A stretch of DNA of 23,425 nucleotides, taken from assembly GCA_002269645.1 (NCBI GenBank), contig NIVC01005181.1, positions 1 to 23,425 on the forward strand, given 5' to 3'. The notes under the pieces were generated by a model that saw nothing but the letters and a program-made list of their open reading frames with translations, had not been told where the DNA came from and ran no database searches. Positions 1-10,131 of this stretch are shown one piece after another; the first letter of the stretch is position 1; every line of letters begins with the position of its first letter. This stretch comes from Macrostomum lignano (Eukaryota). The position numbers were made by a program, and so were the translations under genes.

Positions 1-2081
1 AAATGCTTTTGACAATCTGAAAAGTAATGTCAATGACATTATAAATAAATTGATTTTTGTTTCAAGCATTTTAAAATATTTATAAAATGTTAAATCTATT
101 ATAGCCTTATGCCTTAGGCTAGGGGGGCCTATCGCTATCTTTAATGGAATAATTTGTAAACATTTTTAAATAAATTACATAAATGATAACAAAATTATGA
201 TTATGTAAATTACAGAAAAGCTTTAGGGCCTAATAATATATTTATTTGCTTTTGCTTATTTGTTAGTCCTATTTTATTGTTAGTCATATTTTATTGTATT
301 TATTTGTAGGCCTATTTATTTTATTTGTTAGTCCCATTTTTGCAAAGCAATGTTTTAGTGAATGTTTTACCAAAGTATTATAATGTTTTGTCAAATTCAT
401 TTTCTTAGTGTGTAGGCTTTTTTGAAAACATAATGCTATATATTTTATTAATTTCTGAACAAGTAGTATAAAGATGCACACATCGGGTGCCAGTCGTTTC
501 GTCTGCTGACAGTTTGTCTGCTGAGCAGACAAAAGTTTTCTCTTTCTAAAACTGTTTGTCTGCCGGGAAATGGGGTGGGCTAGGGTATGTGGTGGAGTGG
601 GGTGGGGAGCTGCCCAACTCACAACCTCTTCATTAACATTGTTAAACTGCTATAGGACAGTTGGTCTTTTCAAAATGAATCTCTCTGAATCTCATACGAA
701 TGAACTGGAAACCCACACATCTTTTTGCCACTAGTAAACGGGCTTCTTTTTAGACATTGGTCTTCATACTACTTGGTAAACCTAGTTTTGTACCAATGAA
801 AAAGAACTTTGAGAAGCTCAAGAAAAATGTAAATCTCTACTTCTCCCATTTTATCTCTTTGTCTGCTGTTCTGTTTTTCTTATTTCTAATCTTTCTAGTC
901 TCCCTATCTCCTCTCTTGCTTGTTGCTTCTCTCTCATCTTATCTCTTATATTGTTTCTCTTCTCTCTCTATTCTCTTTCATTTTCTCTCTTATCTGACCC
1001 GCAGCCATGAGCTAGAATTGAATCTTCTAAAATAGGCCCTCGCAGGCCTCAATCTAAAAATTGTCTAATGACTAAAGTCTTCAGAGTGTAGCAGGGTTAT
1101 GCACTTATGCCACCTCATTAAGCTGGTTGTTTTGGCGCATGATCCACTTAAGGGATTCGCAGATAAGCATCAGCTTAAGTCCTTAGAAAGTCAGGCCAGT
1201 TTTGTGGGACATAAGCCTTGTACTCTCAATCAGATAGTATACTTAAGATACTGTACGCCTCTTCTCCACTCCAATGGAGTTGCAAAGAAAGCTATAAATA
1301 AAGGTCTTTCCAAAACACTATACATAGGTAGCTACTTCATAAGCCATATTGCCTGACCTTAATAGTCTAGGGGAGGATTGTATACATAGTAACTTGGAGC
1401 TTGCCCCCACCAAACTTTGTAGGCCTACTGGGCTTGCAAATCAAATGTGCAGTTAAAAAGCTAATATTAATGCTAATCATGTGACGCCCATTTATCAATC
1501 TAATTTTCCTTGGTCTGTGTGCAAGTCAAATGAAGCTCTATTACACACCCTCCAAACCAAGTTGCCAAGCCCTCACGCCACAGCCCTCTACTTAGAAAGG
1601 ACAGGAGTGTGTGTACATTCTACGATTATTCCTTCTTTTCCTTTCCTTTCTAACCAGCTTAACTCAGCCCAACACCAAAGCCATGCAACGTGGAAGCAAT
1701 TGAATGCAAATGCAAATTTTGCAAAGCAGTATATGCAGCTTAATCTGATGAATTTTGGTGCAAAAAAAGATTTTTTTGCCTAAAAGAGCATTAAATGGTT
1801 ATGAAACTCAAAAAAAAATTGTTAAATTAGATGTCTGAAATACCCTGCATTGGTTTCAGTGCAAAATTCCAACCATTTCCCAGTTATTTAGCCCTGGAAG
1901 TAGCAAAAATGTCACTAATCAAGTTTTCAGTTTTTTATTAATAATTTTTACCCAATGAACCAAATCTCTAGAAATTGCACACAAATAGGCCTTGTCATGT
2001 GGGAAATCAGGCGTCATAAAAATATTGCCGTCCTATTGTATTTTTTGCCTGATTTCAAGCCAAATATTAAAAAATCACTAC

Positions 2082-3497
2082 CAGTATTGCCACTGACTGA
2101 TTTCGAAAAAAAAACGCAGGCCGAAAAAAATAACGCAAACTTTTTTTCTCATAAAAGGACTTCCTTGCTAGCCGTATCACTGTTACCGGATTCGAATATT
2201 GTACTTATATTGTATCTATTGCACGTATATTGTGTCTGGTGACTTCTGACACAGCGGCACTCATTCCAAAAATACCAAAGACGAAAAACCAGTAGTTACT
2301 TGTTAGCAAATTTCGAGCAAAAATTATAATAATTAGTTTTTCTTCTTCTTAGGCACATGGGGAAGGCGTGCAAGAGCAGCATTCTCTGCTTGTCGCTTCA
2401 GCCTTGCTGCTTCCTCGGCTGTACACTGAACGACTTGGTCCATTGCACGCTGTTCAATCTCGACATCTCGACCACAACACTGCCCTCAGAATTAAAATAA
2501 CGTACGCAAATCATCATAAGACCGTCACTCTCATCATAGCTGATGGAGTAAAAGCCAAATGACGATTCTAGTGCATCCACACCCACAATCGACTCAGTTA
2601 TTTTTTGCTGCACAAAAGGAACAATCGTGAATGACAGCAAGTAGGCCTGCTTGGTGCGGGCACAAGAAAAGCTTGCAGCGATTTTAGAATCCAAAAACAT
2701 GGCTTGGAATAAATCAGGGCTGTCGTCCTCCATGTTAAAGCTCTTCGATTTGTATGCCGAGTTCCACACCCAGCGAATTTCGGCTGCAGTCGTTTTGATT
2801 GACTTGTCATCGCTACTACTAGCTGCTGGATCTTTCTGTTTAGTGCAGAAGGATGTGATTGACTTCTGCTTCTGCTGCAGTGCTATAGCTGCATTTGCTT
2901 TCATGTGCTGTTTGATGGTGGAAATTCCACCACTTCCAACATGTATCGGTCTATCGCAGAAAAGGCAGAACGCGTCTGTATTGACTTTACCCTTCGTCAA
3001 CCATTTCTCTGCTTCTAGGGAAACAATCCAAGCGGCGTCGAAAGTTGTTAGCCAAGTTTGCTTTGAATCGTTCAACGCAGTGCTCATGCTCACAGAAATT
3101 ATTCTTTGTTGTTGTTGTCTGGAGTTTAAAATCAGCTTATGATTGAAATGCATATGAAAATACTTAAGTTGTCAGGTATGCTAATAATAACCTATGGTAT
3201 TGGGTGAGGGTGATTCTGTGGTGTTGAGGGCAGTTCTGTGGGTTCAAGGGCAATTCTGTGGGGTATTTTTAGTGGTTTCTAAATGTTACTAAGCAGGAAA
3301 GCAAAAGCGAGTTCTTTAAATTGTATTTTGTACAGTGTTTATTATTAGCATTACTGTTATTTGAGTGCAGTACAAAAATATTATAAGGATCAATGAACCA
3401 TTCAAGAAAAAACGCCAGAAAGTGAGAATTTGGAGAAAAAAACGCCTAACGCCAAAAAAAATGCCAGCGTTAAAAAACGCCACAAGTGGCAACACTG
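2082..3497 (-). mobile_element. Internally deleted (non-autonomous) hAT-superfamily DNA transposon, 1416 bp
   Basis: 13-bp TIRs with 1 mismatch: CAGTATTGCCACT at 2082-2094 and AGTGGCAACACTG at 3485-3497 (rc CAGTGTTGCCACT). Perfect 8-bp TSD ATCACTAC at 2074-2081 and 3498-3505. Subterminal AAAAACGC(C) motifs at both ends and a transposase fragment inside. Confidence 0.9.
2333..3153 (-). pseudogene. Truncated hAT-like transposase: N-terminal BED-like finger, region up to the first catalytic Asp, and an out-of-frame C-terminal tail
   Basis: ORF 3153-2398 contains AFCLFCDRPIHVGSGGISTIKQH (BED-like, second His missing), AAEIRW, LFQAMFLDSKIAASFSCARTK and YSISYDES...CVRYF. A different frame from ~2470 reads DVEIEQRAMDQ...RLPHVPKKKKN* (stop 2335-2333), which looks like a C-terminus with an NLS. 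Family assignment is from motif recall, not a search. Confidence 0.75.
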
Positions 3498-4255
3498 ATC
3501 ACTACTCTGATTGATTTCTAATCACTTTTGACTTTGACACATGAGCACTTGTTGCACACTCAAAAACTTGGTTGATTTTAGCCAGACATAAGGACAACTC
3601 ATTGCAGTATTTGCCTTTGATCTACCATTCTTTTAAAATTTTATTCATCCATTTTTTGGGCATCCAATCAGCCAAAAATCACTAATTATCAATTTCTGAT
3701 CAATTTTTTCAACCCGAAAGCAGCAAAATCAAATGGCAGCCATTTAAACCAATATAGTACAGCAACTATTCTATAGAAATTCGAAGTTGGATTATTCGCA
3801 CCATGTTCTCAAAATTATAATGAGCAATAATGTGAAACTCGTGATTTTTTGAAAAATTGATTCTTGTCGATTTTCTCAGCACTGCATAATCGTATGAAAA
3901 CAAAAATTTCGACACTTGTAGATTTTTGCATTGCGCATCGAACTGCACTGCTTTGAAGCCCAAACTCAAAAAGCTTCATAGGAAAAAGGGGCAAAATAAT
4001 AAAATGAGGGTCATTTTTTACCCAAAAAACCCACCAAAACTGTATAAAGATGCAGAAATAAATCAAAGCGCCATGTACAATTTTGTTTAAAAAGTTTGAA
4101 CTGATATGCTGTCTGTCTAGAGTTTGTAAACAGCCACTTACACAATCAATTCATGTGTCATTACTAATTTGTCATTACGGTTGGCAATTGAGGAAAGAAA
4201 TACACATTTTTGTGCACAAAACTTTTGTGAAAGAAGCAATGAAGTTACATTAAAG

Positions 4256-4359
4256 GTGCAGGCCAGATTACAATAATTAAGATTAAGGAAGTTTGTAGCC
4301 CACAAAGAAAGTATTTGCGGGCTGGATCTGGCCTGTGGGCCAGAGGTTGCCAACCCCTG
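4256..4359. mobile_element. One end of a hAT/Charlie-type MITE (fragment)
   Basis: GCGGGCTGGATCTGGCCTGTGGGCCAGAGGTTGCCAACCCCTG ends at 4359. It resembles the GGCCCGCGGGCC...TTGCCGACCCCTG terminus typical of such MITEs. No convincing partner end or TSD was found. Confidence 0.45.
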
Positions 4360-4728
4360 AAATAAAAAGTAAAACAAAATATTTTGGTCATTAGTGAGTA
4401 GTACAAAATGAGCCTTCTTGAGACTATAATTAATTATTTATATTAGGTTAAAATATAAAATTCTGCATAGGATTTTTTAAATTTAATTTAAATTTTTTAT
4501 TGAATATTTATCAATTATATATATATAGGCTTTAGCCTATTTAGTCTTGTCTAATGATTCCTATATATATATACCATATATATACTATATATATTGTTTT
4601 ACTAGCCTAAATGATCTATTAGTATTAGTTTTAAATATATACTATGAATTAGACTTATTTCCTATGTTAAGTTAAAAATATATATATTGGCTTGCATGAT
4701 ATAGAATTAGATAACATAATAGATTAGT

Positions 4729-5285
4729 GGCTATCCTGCATTTTCATTCGTTAAATTATTTTTTCACGTGGAATTAATTTTACATGATCTCACGAGTTCA
4801 GCACAGGTAATAAAAAATATTATGGGACATACAGAACACCCAAAAAGTTTAAGAAAGTTTGTTATAGTCAAGTCAGTTTAAACGTTAGTCTCCGGATTAC
4901 AGTGGGTAGTAATCTCTCGAAAAAGGAGCCCTTCCTTATGGACTCCTGGCTGTGACACTCCTTGCAAGCCCAAGCCCAGCCATCCACATACCAGTCACCC
5001 TGACGACGCTAAAGGCGCATTTGAGGTGCAGCAGGGCAATGGCACTGACGCTCGTTTGACAGCAGCCGGTATTTGGCCAGCCAGCGCATCAGAGACAGTG
5101 TGTCAGTGGTCAAAAGAGCCAAGTCCCGCATCCTTATGAGCGGCAGGTCGCATAGTTCCGCAGTAGGTCTTATCTCAGCTGGTGGAATGATAGTAGTAGG
5201 AGCAGCTGGACAACCCGCCATGTGGATGTGCAGTGTGGCTGAAAAAATGAAAAAATAATTTAACGAACGAAAATGCAGGATAGCC
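4729..5285 (-). mobile_element. Internally deleted Merlin (IS1016/IS1595-like) DNA transposon, 557 bp
   Basis: 38-bp TIRs with 1 mismatch: GGCTATCCTGCATTTTCATTCGTTAAATTATTTTTTCA at 4729-4766 and its inverse at 5248-5285. 8-bp TSD AGATTAGT/AGATTAGC (7/8) at 4721-4728 and 5286-5293. GG termini and an 8-bp TSD fit Merlin. Confidence 0.8.
4897..5221 (-). pseudogene. Merlin-like transposase remnant (N-terminal zinc ribbon, DDE domain deleted)
   Basis: Reads LMRWLAKYRLLSNERQCHCPAAPQMRL*(TAG 5011-5009)RRQGDWYVDGWAWACKECHSQESIRKGSFFER. The DGxxWxCxxC...SIRxGSFF pattern is typical of ISXO2/Merlin transposases. A shifted frame then ends DYYPL* (stop 4899-4897). Confidence 0.7.
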
Positions 5286-6280
5286 AGATTAGCATATCAA
5301 GATTGAATTTGGCTTTTCTATTATCAAGATCTCTATCTCCATTTTACAAAATCTAAATATACTAAATCTCTAAGGTTTGTTTGTTAGTCAGACAGTCAGT
5401 CAATCTGTTGTTAATTTTTTAGAACCCTCTGGCCAATTTTTTTCAAATTTGCATTAAAAATTGTAATTTTTCAACAATCATGCATAACTTTTTTGTTGAA
5501 AAATTTTAATGGAAAGTAGGTCAAATATTCAAAAAACTATTTTTAATGCTTCCAATGGATGCTCTATTGCTAAATTTAATTGTTCAATTCAACCATTTAG
5601 TCCTCTCCTTGACCAATGTACAATGTAGGTTGTACATTCACAATGATCCTTTGCACAATTTGTGTGGTTGGTTGAATTTTATTATTGTTTACCAACCAAT
5701 CTAATAGATAAATGATAAAAGAGTGGGTGCATAGGGGGGTTAAAAAGCTGGCCTGAAATTTATCAACCCCCTAAACTGCACTGGGGGCTGGAGGCAGTAG
5801 CTAATGTGCCCAATTAATTCAGATTCATTTGGCCAATTGGTATATAAAATTTATACCAATTCTTAGTGAGTCAACTATTTGAAAAACAAAAACAAATGCA
5901 GGCTTGGGTTGAGGAATGAAGTGGGGTGCAAGGGTTTTGTTGGATAGATTAAAGCTCCCAATCAGTTTTCTTGCATCTTTTATTGCAGAATATTCCAAGA
6001 GAAATTGATCACTGGTGCATAGAGTGGCGACTTTTCAATGTTGCTGTATATATATAAAATTTCAAACAGTGAAAAAATAAATTTGGAAGTTGGTCAAATG
6101 ATGTTTTTCTTGCTTTTAATGTTTGGATTTTGAATTTGAATGGCCCATTGGGGCTTAATGCACTAGTTTAGACTACTTATTTTATAAAATTTGTCTTAAT
6201 GCTTATTTGCTTTGCTTTTGGGTAAGATTTTAGGATTACTAAGACGCAAATTAGTAATCCTAATCCTGATAACCACATAA

Positions 6281-6340
6281 TATCAGGACATACCAAGGCA
6301 TATCAGTACACACCAAGGCACACCAGGACACACTAAAACA
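6281..6340. repeat. Short degenerate 20-bp (2x10) tandem repeat, ~3 copies
   Basis: TATCAGGACATACCAAGGCA / TATCAGTACACACCAAGGCA / CACCAGGACACACTAAAACA. Confidence 0.6.
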
Positions 6341-6553
6341 AAGGCTAAAAAGTTTTATTTTCAGCAAAATGTACATCAAATAGTATTACAGAATTAGCAA
6401 TAATATATAATAATATCCAAATAGATTGCTCAAATTTATATTTCAAACTCCCACATGTTAATACTGTTTGTTACATTGTAAACAGTATTATCTGGGTTTC
6501 ATCCATGATTATAAATTATCATTATGCAACATTTCAATGCGGTCAAAGCAGAC

Positions 6554-6945
6554 ATGTCAATTCTGGTAATGTCCCTTTGCCTAGCCGGCAGTCTGGCGCT
6601 CCTGTTCCTGGCTGTCTACCTGTTGATGACCCTCTCCGATCTGGACTGCGACTATTTGAATGTTCGGGAAGGCTGCGACCGGCTCAACAAATGGGTATGG
6701 CCGGAGGCTGCTGTGGCCGCTGCTGTGCCCATCCTGCTGCTGCTGACCCTGCACTGGGTCCTGTTCCTGCTGTCAGCGCCTCTGCCCTGCTACCTCATTT
6801 ATCGCTGCTTAACCCTGCCGAAAGGTCAGATCGGCTTGTTCGATCCGTTCGAAATCAATAATCGCAACTATATTAAACGGGCGATGTACTTTTGCACCTT
6901 TAAGCTCGTGCATTACCTGCTTGTGTTCTTTGTCCTGCTGTACAG
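6554..6945 (+). CDS. CNIH4: Cornichon homolog (CNIH4-like), exon 1 of 2
   Basis: MSILVMSLCL...VYLLMTLSDLDCDYLNVREGCDRLNKWVWPE...HWVLFLL...GQIGLFDPFEINNR...KLVHYLLVFFVLLY matches the cornichon pattern (TLSDLECDY, LNKWVxPE, GxFDPTEI). Donor TACAG|GTGCGT at 6946, phase 2. An in-frame upstream ATG at 6524 is an alternative start. Confidence 0.88.
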
Positions 6946-6967
6946 GTGCGTTTGGGTTCACTTTATC

Positions 6968-7375
6968 TGTCTGAATCTGCCACACCGCTCCCTGCTCTCC
7001 CAGTGCCTGAATCTGCCTCACCGCTCCCTGCTCCCCCAGTGCCTGAATCTGCCACACCGCTCCCTGCTCTCCCAGTGCCTGAATCTGCCTCACCGCGCCC
7101 TGCTCCCCCAGTGCCTGAATCTGCCACACCGCTCCCTGCTCCCCAGTGCCTGAATCTGCCTCACCGCTCCCTGCTCCCCCAGTGCCTGAATCTGCCACAC
7201 CGCGCCCTGCTCCCCCAGTGCCTGAATCTGCCACACCGCTCCCTGCTCCCCAGTGCCTGAATCTGCCTCACCGCTCCCTGCTCCCCCAGTGCCTGAATCT
7301 GCCTCACCGCTCCCTGCTCCCCAGTGCCTGAATCTGCCTCACCGCTCCCTGCTCCCCCAGTGCCTGAATCTGCCA
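6968..7375 (+). repeat. 36-bp minisatellite (~11 copies) in the cornichon intron
   Basis: Unit TGCCTGAATCTGCC(T/A)CACCGCTCCCTGCTCCCCCAG. Three units are 35 bp. Confidence 0.97.
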
Positions 7376-7428
7376 TATTTTAATTAATTTCAACTCCAAT
7401 CTAAAGAGTCCCGCCAACTCAATTGCAG

Positions 7429-7459
7429 CATAATCTACTATCTGGTGGCCGGTGAATAG
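7429..7459 (+). CDS. CNIH4: Cornichon homolog, exon 2 (terminal): (S)IIYYLVAGE*
   Basis: Acceptor AATTGCAG| ends at 7428. AG+C gives Ser, producing LLYSIIYYLVAGE*, which corresponds to YLYSMILALIND of CNIH4. Total CDS 423 nt = 140 aa. Confidence 0.8.
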
Positions 7460-8452
7460 AGATCCAACAGTCAGTCCCGAATCGAACTGAGTGCCAGCAC
7501 TGTGCCAATCTTAGTTTTCTATTTTGTTCTTTTTTAATCAAATATGCAATGTTTTGTACTTGCTAGCTAGATAAATTTCAGTTTGTGTAAATATCTTAGT
7601 ATTGCTTGTGAACTTGCACAGTACAGTAGCGTATTAGGTTTAATTTATCTGAAACCCACTGTTTAGGCATGTCACATATTAATTATTTCCCTTTTTATTA
7701 ATTATCTAGGTGTAACACAAAAATTATTTTACATTTACAACACGCATTCAATATTTGTACTTTGCGAACTGCACATGCCATTTTATTTTCTTACTGATTC
7801 TCGTATTAAATTGCCTACGGTCACGTGATCTGTATCAAATTAATAAAACTTGAATGGAATTTTTTGCCAACAACTGGATGTTCTGGCGCGGCTTTTGGAA
7901 AGAAATTATTTTGTTGAATGCTTGACAGTGTTGCTTCTTTGACAATGTTGGCTCTCGGTCTGACAATTCTGTCGACCAGATCTGGATCACTATAACTTAG
8001 GGATCCATGAGCTTATCGAGTAGTAGTAGTCGACTCTGCTGTATTTATATATCAATTTGAAGAGAGCAGCAAGGACGACTAAAGTACGTTTTTGTAGATG
8101 AAGAAATGTTGAACTGGGTCAGACTTTGGACTGTTTGTGACTTGTGGGTCATCGAATACCCCATCATATTTTTGCGGGAGTTGGAAGCAATCAATCCACG
8201 CCTTATCACAGTGCTTCGCCACTACTTTACTGTTTACATGTACATGTAGACGTAGGTCGTAGATCTTATTTGTAACCAAGAAAAAAACAGTACAAGTATC
8301 GTGTTTCTGTTGTTTTATCTGGATTTATGTATTACGAGCTTTGTTTCGCTTAAAAGTCGTCACGCACATTTATACCCATGTAACAGTACTTGGTATTTCG
8401 ATCTACCGGAAAATTTTACTCAAGGACGACCAAGGGTTTACGTTGCTAAAAG

Positions 8453-9055
8453 GTATGTACATGCATGTAATGGTTCTCGAATCAGAATTTGCATGATATT
8501 GTGTACGTGAATAAATATTAAAAAGTAATAGAAACTAAGGCCTTGAAACAAGCAACTTGCGTATTTACGGGGATAGGTTTGTCCGCGTCTATATGGAGGT
8601 TATAATATTTCCCATTTCTGAGAAATTTAATATTTTAACATTAAATTTAAACGAAATTGTATTTTCTGCCACTTTTCTTCTATTTTTATATCTTGATGTT
8701 CTTTTTCTTCCAACCAAAGTTAACCCTACATTCGGAGTATGTACTTATGCATGCAGGCCAACGCAACAGAGAAAAGCTTGGAAAAATGGCGGGCTTAGCA
8801 CTTTTATAATTAAAACAAACTTAGATTTGCAAAACATAAATAGTTTAAGTTGTGATTTCGTACACTTAAAAATAAAAAAATGAAGTCAAAATTCGTTTTC
8901 TTCTTTTATATTTTATGATATAAAAATATTTTTAAATATTTGCGGTGGCAATTCAGTGGTTTGATTTAGCTTTTCTGAAGTTTTTATCATCACGGATATT
9001 GTTTCCATTTTTGTAATCAAAGTAATTCGAGCTTTTCTATAATTATTTCCTTTAG
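8453..9055 (+). other. Possible 5'-UTR intron of the kinesin gene
   Basis: Consensus donor AAG|GTATGT at 8453 and acceptor ATTATTTCCTTTAG| ending at 9055, 37 nt before the ATG at 9093. There is no transcript evidence. Confidence 0.4.
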
Positions 9056-9092
9056 ATTATCAGTCCTCGGACTAGAAAAATAATTGGATATC

Positions 9093-9134
9093 ATGGCAGA
9101 TAATGTTAAAGTCGCCGTTCGTGTTCGCCCATTC
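9093..9134 (+). CDS. KIF28: Kinesin-3 (KIF28/KLP-6-like), coding exon 1: MADNVKVAVRVRPF
   Basis: Canonical motor start VKVAVRVRPF, absent from the ORF track because it is short. It joins in phase 0 to NERE at 9891. Confidence 0.9.
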
Positions 9135-9890
9135 ATATCCTTTTGACATTGCTCAGTAGTGCTGCTGTACGTTATGCATTGTCAATATATCAATTATACT
9201 AGGTGGCATTTTTCGTTTTTAAATCATTTTTGTCAAAGATTTTAGTTTTCAACAAAAGGATTAAGACGTTACTAATGAGACACATAAAATATTACGTAAG
9301 CGTGTACATCTGTAGATACACAGACGTTGACGTCACTTTTTGTATGCTATAAATATACATATGCAAGGATCTAATATTTATTTATAGCATAGAATACAAT
9401 ATAGATAGAAGATTTAACTTAACATTATGTATTTATTAAAAGAACTGTCTTTTATAGTAAAAATTATCACAAATGTTTACGTTTTGACTTGTTTGATAAT
9501 AATTAGCGAAGTGAATTGGGTGTCATTTGTTAGTTTTTAAAAAAAAACATGAAGGATGTCATGAAAATTTGTTTAATATAAAGAGCTAAAGCATAAGTTC
9601 TGAACTACAAGCTGTGGGTATTATGGTTTTAAATCCAATAAATCAATTTACATTTTACAAACGATTCACCATACACCTAACCATTCAAAGATATTTTGCT
9701 AATTACTATTTTTTAAACTTTGATTTTAGCCATATTTATAACAGATTATAACTTTATATCGTCTTTAGAAGTTATGTTTGATTAATTTCATAAATTTTAC
9801 CACGGTGCTACTTAACCTAATTAATAATCGAAAAATTATCATTATTTTTATTTTTCTTAACCGCGCACTTTTGAATCGCAACCCTGACAC
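9135..9890 (+). other. U12-type (minor spliceosome) AT-AC intron, 756 bp, phase 0
   Basis: 5' end ATATCCTTTT (consensus RTATCCTTT). Branch-like TTTCTTAAC at 9853-9861. 3' end CTGACAC|. Removal gives RVRPF|NERE, and no GT/AG pair at these boundaries does. Confidence 0.88.
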
Positions 9891-10079
9891 AATGAGCGCG
9901 AGAGGACTCGCGGCAGCAAGCTCATCATCAAGATGGACGGCACCCAGACTGTCATCACCGACCCGGCCAGCGGCCAGGATAAAAAATTTGCCTTCGATTA
10001 TTCCTATTGGTCACACGACGGCTTCACGGAGCAGGCAAACGGCTACTTTGCCCCGGCCAACCCCAAGTACGCTGATCAG
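9891..10079 (+). CDS. KIF28: Kinesin-3, exon 2
   Basis: NERERTRGSKLIIKMDG...KKFAFDYSYWSHDGF...KYADQ. Donor CAG|GTGAGA. Confidence 0.92.
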
Positions 10080-10131
10080 GTGAGAGATTTGGCCGGTTGC
10101 TCCTGGCGTGCCATGCAACTTCAGATTCCTA

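Noticed and set aside
284-1783. Short ORFs in the AT-rich and CT-rich 5' region, including a coding-looking minus frame at ~1085-1380
   Set aside because: No motifs were recognised, the region is low complexity, and the minus frame has about 4 stops per 100 codons, as expected by chance.
1860-4140. An older non-autonomous element hosting the hAT insertion (recurrent AAAAATCACTA-like motifs; AAATGGCAGCCATTT hairpin near 3731)
   Set aside because: The texture is suggestive, but no termini or TSD could be defined.
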